A stretch of DNA of 64,000 bases from a virus (lineage: Duplodnaviria; Caudoviricetes), in IMG/VR virus record IMGVR_UViG_3300032320_000838, positions 13,760 to 77,759 of that record; one strand, given 5' to 3'. Below the pieces are notes generated by a model that was given only the letters and a program-made list of their open reading frames with translations, made no database searches and had not been told where the DNA came from. A program made the position numbers and the translations under genes. How positions within the stretch are numbered: position 1 is the stretch's first letter; every line of letters begins with the position of its first letter. Shown here piece by piece: positions 61,393-64,000 of the stretch.

Positions 61393-63230
61393 CTGTTTCT
61401 ATATGGGATTTGTGTTGTGTTTATAGTCAAAGATCTAGAACTGGGATATTCGTGATATAGGAACATTTTTTGTTTTGCTACAATATCTCTTTCATATGGC
61501 ACAGCAAACAATACTATGGGGAAACCATCAACTAAAGAAGATGGTTTGAATTTAGTAAGTGTGACCTTACCTGTAGAATAATCTATAGTTCCTATTTTTG
61601 CATTTATTACTATTTTTTCATTATCCAAAACATAATACAAAACTACATTTCCATATCCATCATCTTCCAACAAACAATCACGATCTACCGCTTCATTTGC
61701 AGTAGTATCAACATAACCAAAAACATTAGAAGTGAGCACACTCTTATAACCATCTTGTGGATGATACAACTGATTGTTGAATCTTATTTCATAGTTGTGC
61801 GGTTTTGCATCAAATATTGGAACAAATCTCTTTTCCAGAGATACACCTATATCGTTGCTTATTATGTTGTCGTTTATTGACTGTATTTTTGTACTTAGAT
61901 CTGTAGCATAAAAATCTTTATCAAACTTATTAAGAGTTTCGTCAGTAAAATCGTATATCTCTCGGGTGACTTCTGCAACAAGATCACTCATGCCTGTGGG
62001 GAGATCTATTGGATCTACTTTGAGATTGACTGTAAGGTTTAGATAAAGTATCTCTGGATCTACGAATTCCACCAAAACACCTACAACATTTCTGGTAGAA
62101 GAAAGAGTGCTTATGATATTTGCTTTTTCTCCAGAAGAAAGTATAGCACCTGTTTTTGGTTTTACACTTACAAATACTCTTCCATATGCTGGTGGATCAT
62201 TATCTTCCCCTCCCCAACAAATAACATCCTCTATTATTGGAAAATCTTTCAGAATAATATTTCTATAATCTTCTTTTGTAACTGCTCGTTCTTGAGTGAC
62301 AAAGTTTCTTGTAGTATTAAATCGAATAGACTCTTTTGATTCTTCCTGAGAACCACCATTAGAAGGAACAACAGTCCTTATCGACACACCCGAGGCAGTT
62401 GGTATACTGAAATTAGATGTAGAATTTGCTATACCTACACCGTTTGCCTCTTCTCCAGAAGATTCTATAATCTCTATTCTTATGACATTTCCATCCGACA
62501 ATCTTCTACCCAAGACACCATCACCGAAAATGAGTTCCAAGTATCCATCAGCATTTTCTTCCAAGAAGTAAATATTGCTGTCTTGTCGCAAAAGAGTAAT
62601 ATTTGTTGCTTCTGTGTAAGCAACAGTCTGGGTACTTGCTATGGACGACTGAACTGTTACTCTCAGAGTGGACGCATCGACATTTCTGTAAGGTATTACA
62701 TATCTCTGGTCTTCTAGATCACCATCTACCAAAAATGTGTACTTTTTGAGAGAACCCTCTACAAACTCCACGGTTCCTGTGCTGAACTCTGTTGCTTCGC
62801 CGTTTTGATCATATTCGCTCACGGAAGCAATAACATCATCCAAAAGTATAAAAGAATAAGAAGATCCGTTATTTGATGCCAATATTCTTGTTCCCTTGGA
62901 GAAACCATCTTGCATGGTTTCTGGGGATCCAAAAAGTTCCACCAAAACTCTGGCAGATTTGATTGTTTTTGGTCTATAAGCAAAATGTTTTGCTATGGAT
63001 ACTATGGATGATCTTTTTATGGCACTATCCAAGAACATCTCGTTCACTGTCATATTATTATAAAATGCCTGATAATATGTGTTGTATGCCAAAATATCAA
63101 GAAGAATATTAAGCGCCGATCCCTCGAAGTTATATGAAGTAAACTCAGATTGAGAACGGAGATAGTTCTTTAGATTTTGTTTGATGAGGTCAAATTCGAC
63201 CTCAGTTATTCTTAGTTCTTTTGTGTTCAT
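61389..63230 (-). CDS. gp6: Baseplate wedge subunit
   Basis: EFDLIKQNLK.YL..Q.EF..YNFEGS.L..LLDILAYNTYY.AF..NM..NE.FLDSA, QERAVT..DY, WGGEDNDPP.YG.VF. Confidence 0.97.
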   Translation of the reverse strand: MNTKELRITEVEFDLIKQNLKNYLRSQSEFTSYNFEGSALNILLDILAYNTYYQAFYNNMTVNEMFLDSAIKRSSIVSIAKHFAYRPKTIKSARVLVELFGSPETMQDGFSKGTRILASNNGSSYSFILLDDVIASVSEYDQNGEATEFSTGTVEFVEGSLKKYTFLVDGDLEDQRYVIPYRNVDASTLRVTVQSSIASTQTVAYTEATNITLLRQDSNIYFLEENADGYLELIFGDGVLGRRLSDGNVIRIEIIESSGEEANGVGIANSTSNFSIPTASGVSIRTVVPSNGGSQEESKESIRFNTTRNFVTQERAVTKEDYRNIILKDFPIIEDVICWGGEDNDPPAYGRVFVSVKPKTGAILSSGEKANIISTLSSTRNVVGVLVEFVDPEILYLNLTVNLKVDPIDLPTGMSDLVAEVTREIYDFTDETLNKFDKDFYATDLSTKIQSINDNIISNDIGVSLEKRFVPIFDAKPHNYEIRFNNQLYHPQDGYKSVLTSNVFGYVDTTANEAVDRDCLLEDDGYGNVVLYYVLDNEKIVINAKIGTIDYSTGKVTLTKFKPSSLVDGFPIVLFAVPYERDIVAKQKMFLYHEYPSSRSLTINTTQIPYRNR

Positions 63231-63616
63231 CTGCTTCTGGTGACCTCTATATTAACTTCTTGTTTCGGGACATCTTCTCCCAATATTATGTAATATATTG
63301 TAATATTTAGTGTATTTTCTTCATTTTGTATAATTATGTCGTTTGCATTAACTTCTATTCTGGGTTCATATAGATTGAATAGAGTCAATAAAGTGTTTCT
63401 AACATCGTTTTCCAGAACATAGTTAAACTGATCAAACAATCTATTTGTTATATTTCCAGAAACAGTAGAAAATGGTTTTTCGAACATATTGAGAAGAACG
63501 AGCGTCTTGACAGATTGCTTGATTACATCCGCACCATTTTTAACAACGAGATTACCCGTCACAGGATGTGCCCTGAATGAAAAATCTAAATCAGTTATTT
63601 TTAAAGTTTTCTTCAT
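63227..63616 (-). CDS. gp25: Baseplate wedge subunit
   Basis: DLDFSF..HPVTG.L......IKQSVK.LV.....EKPF, YEPRI. Directly before gp6. Confidence 0.92.
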   Translation of the reverse strand: MKKTLKITDLDFSFRAHPVTGNLVVKNGADVIKQSVKTLVLLNMFEKPFSTVSGNITNRLFDQFNYVLENDVRNTLLTLFNLYEPRIEVNANDIIIQNEENTLNITIYYIILGEDVPKQEVNIEVTRSR

Positions 63617-63631
63617 TTCTATCCTTTTTTA

Positions 63632-63638
63632 TATTTAG
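63632..63638 (-). promoter_or_regulatory. Putative late promoter CTAAATA (baseplate operon)
   Basis: Intergenic, upstream of the gp25 SD. Confidence 0.6.
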
Positions 63639-63642
63639 CACA

Positions 63643-63999
63643 TCAGGCTTGTTTTCCACAGTTTGCTTTCTTATTTGTTGGAATCCATTTAGCGGGTGGA
63701 CATTTAATAAAGGGAACAGGTAGATTTGGATTTACTGGTGCTGCTATATCTGTCTGCAATGGCAACTCTTGAGCGACAAAAAGAGTGTTTTCTTGTTGTA
63801 CTTCCTTATTTGCCAATATCTCGTTTCCTGTAAATAACTTTATTCTCTGTAGCGCAGAAATACGAATTTCGTCTCTTGAGAAGATGTTTGTGGATTTCTT
63901 TCCTCCTATGAAGGAAGTATTCTCGGAATACATTCTCAGGACTGCTCCTTTATTTCTGGTATTTTCGTAAATACCAGCATCTATTATTATGCCAGCATA
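63643..63999 (-). CDS. C-terminal part of a gene entering from beyond the window; possibly gp5-like baseplate hub/spike
   Basis: The frame of the 96-aa track ORF stays open 22 more codons to the window edge (YAGIIIDAGIYENTRNKGAVLR-M). Alternating-hydrophobic beta pattern and position before gp25. Confidence 0.45.
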   Translation of the reverse strand, partial: YAGIIIDAGIYENTRNKGAVLRMYSENTSFIGGKKSTNIFSRDEIRISALQRIKLFTGNEILANKEVQQENTLFVAQELPLQTDIAAPVNPNLPVPFIKCPPAKWIPTNKKANCGKQA

Positions 64000-64000
64000 T

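Noticed and set aside
63643-63933. 96-aa ORF as a complete stand-alone gene
   Set aside because: The frame is open to the window edge, so it is more likely the tail of a longer gene. An AAGGAG 11 nt upstream of the ATG means an internal start is not excluded.
1-64000. tRNA genes, rRNA, CRISPR arrays
   Set aside because: Intergenic gaps are almost all under 140 nt and accounted for. I saw no cloverleaf or regularly spaced direct repeats by eye; tRNAscan-SE and a CRISPR finder would confirm.
1-64000. Stop-codon reassignment
   Set aside because: Core genes are intact under code 11, and TAA, TGA and TAG (e.g. 24528) all terminate genes at expected positions.

Overview
A 64-kb segment of a large T4-like myovirus (cyanophage/marine-freshwater-type gene set). 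Essentially every real gene is on the minus strand. Read in transcription order (window end to start): probable gp5 C-terminus; baseplate gp25, gp6, gp7-like, gp8; a VrlC/DUF4815-type structural protein split into two ORFs (655 + 1957 aa); a 1535-aa fibre; neck gp13-14-15; terminase gp16-17; sheath gp18; tube gp19; portal gp20; an unexpected two-gene Cys/Gly-rich cassette with its own late promoter; prohead core, gp21, gp22, gp23; gp3, uvsY, uvsW, gp55, gp47; a pyrimidine-dimer-glycosylase-like gene and a displaced gp68-like gene; gp46; a GNAT / LpxH-like phosphoesterase / 50-aa membrane peptide / DNA methyltransferase block; rnh; gp45-44-62; regA. Where gp43 usually follows regA, there is instead a ~11.5-kb cluster of paralogous fibre-like genes. 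Six consecutive genes in that cluster end in a D[GC][GQ]x[FY] tail and five begin with a shared KR[GS] head domain, which suggests a head-to-tail modular fibre system. gp55-type late promoters (TATAAATA and variants), three sigma70-type promoters and one strong terminator are visible. I found no tRNA, CRISPR array, intein, intron, homing endonuclease or reverse transcriptase. All family assignments are by motif recognition and gene order, not database searches. The host cannot be determined from this window.
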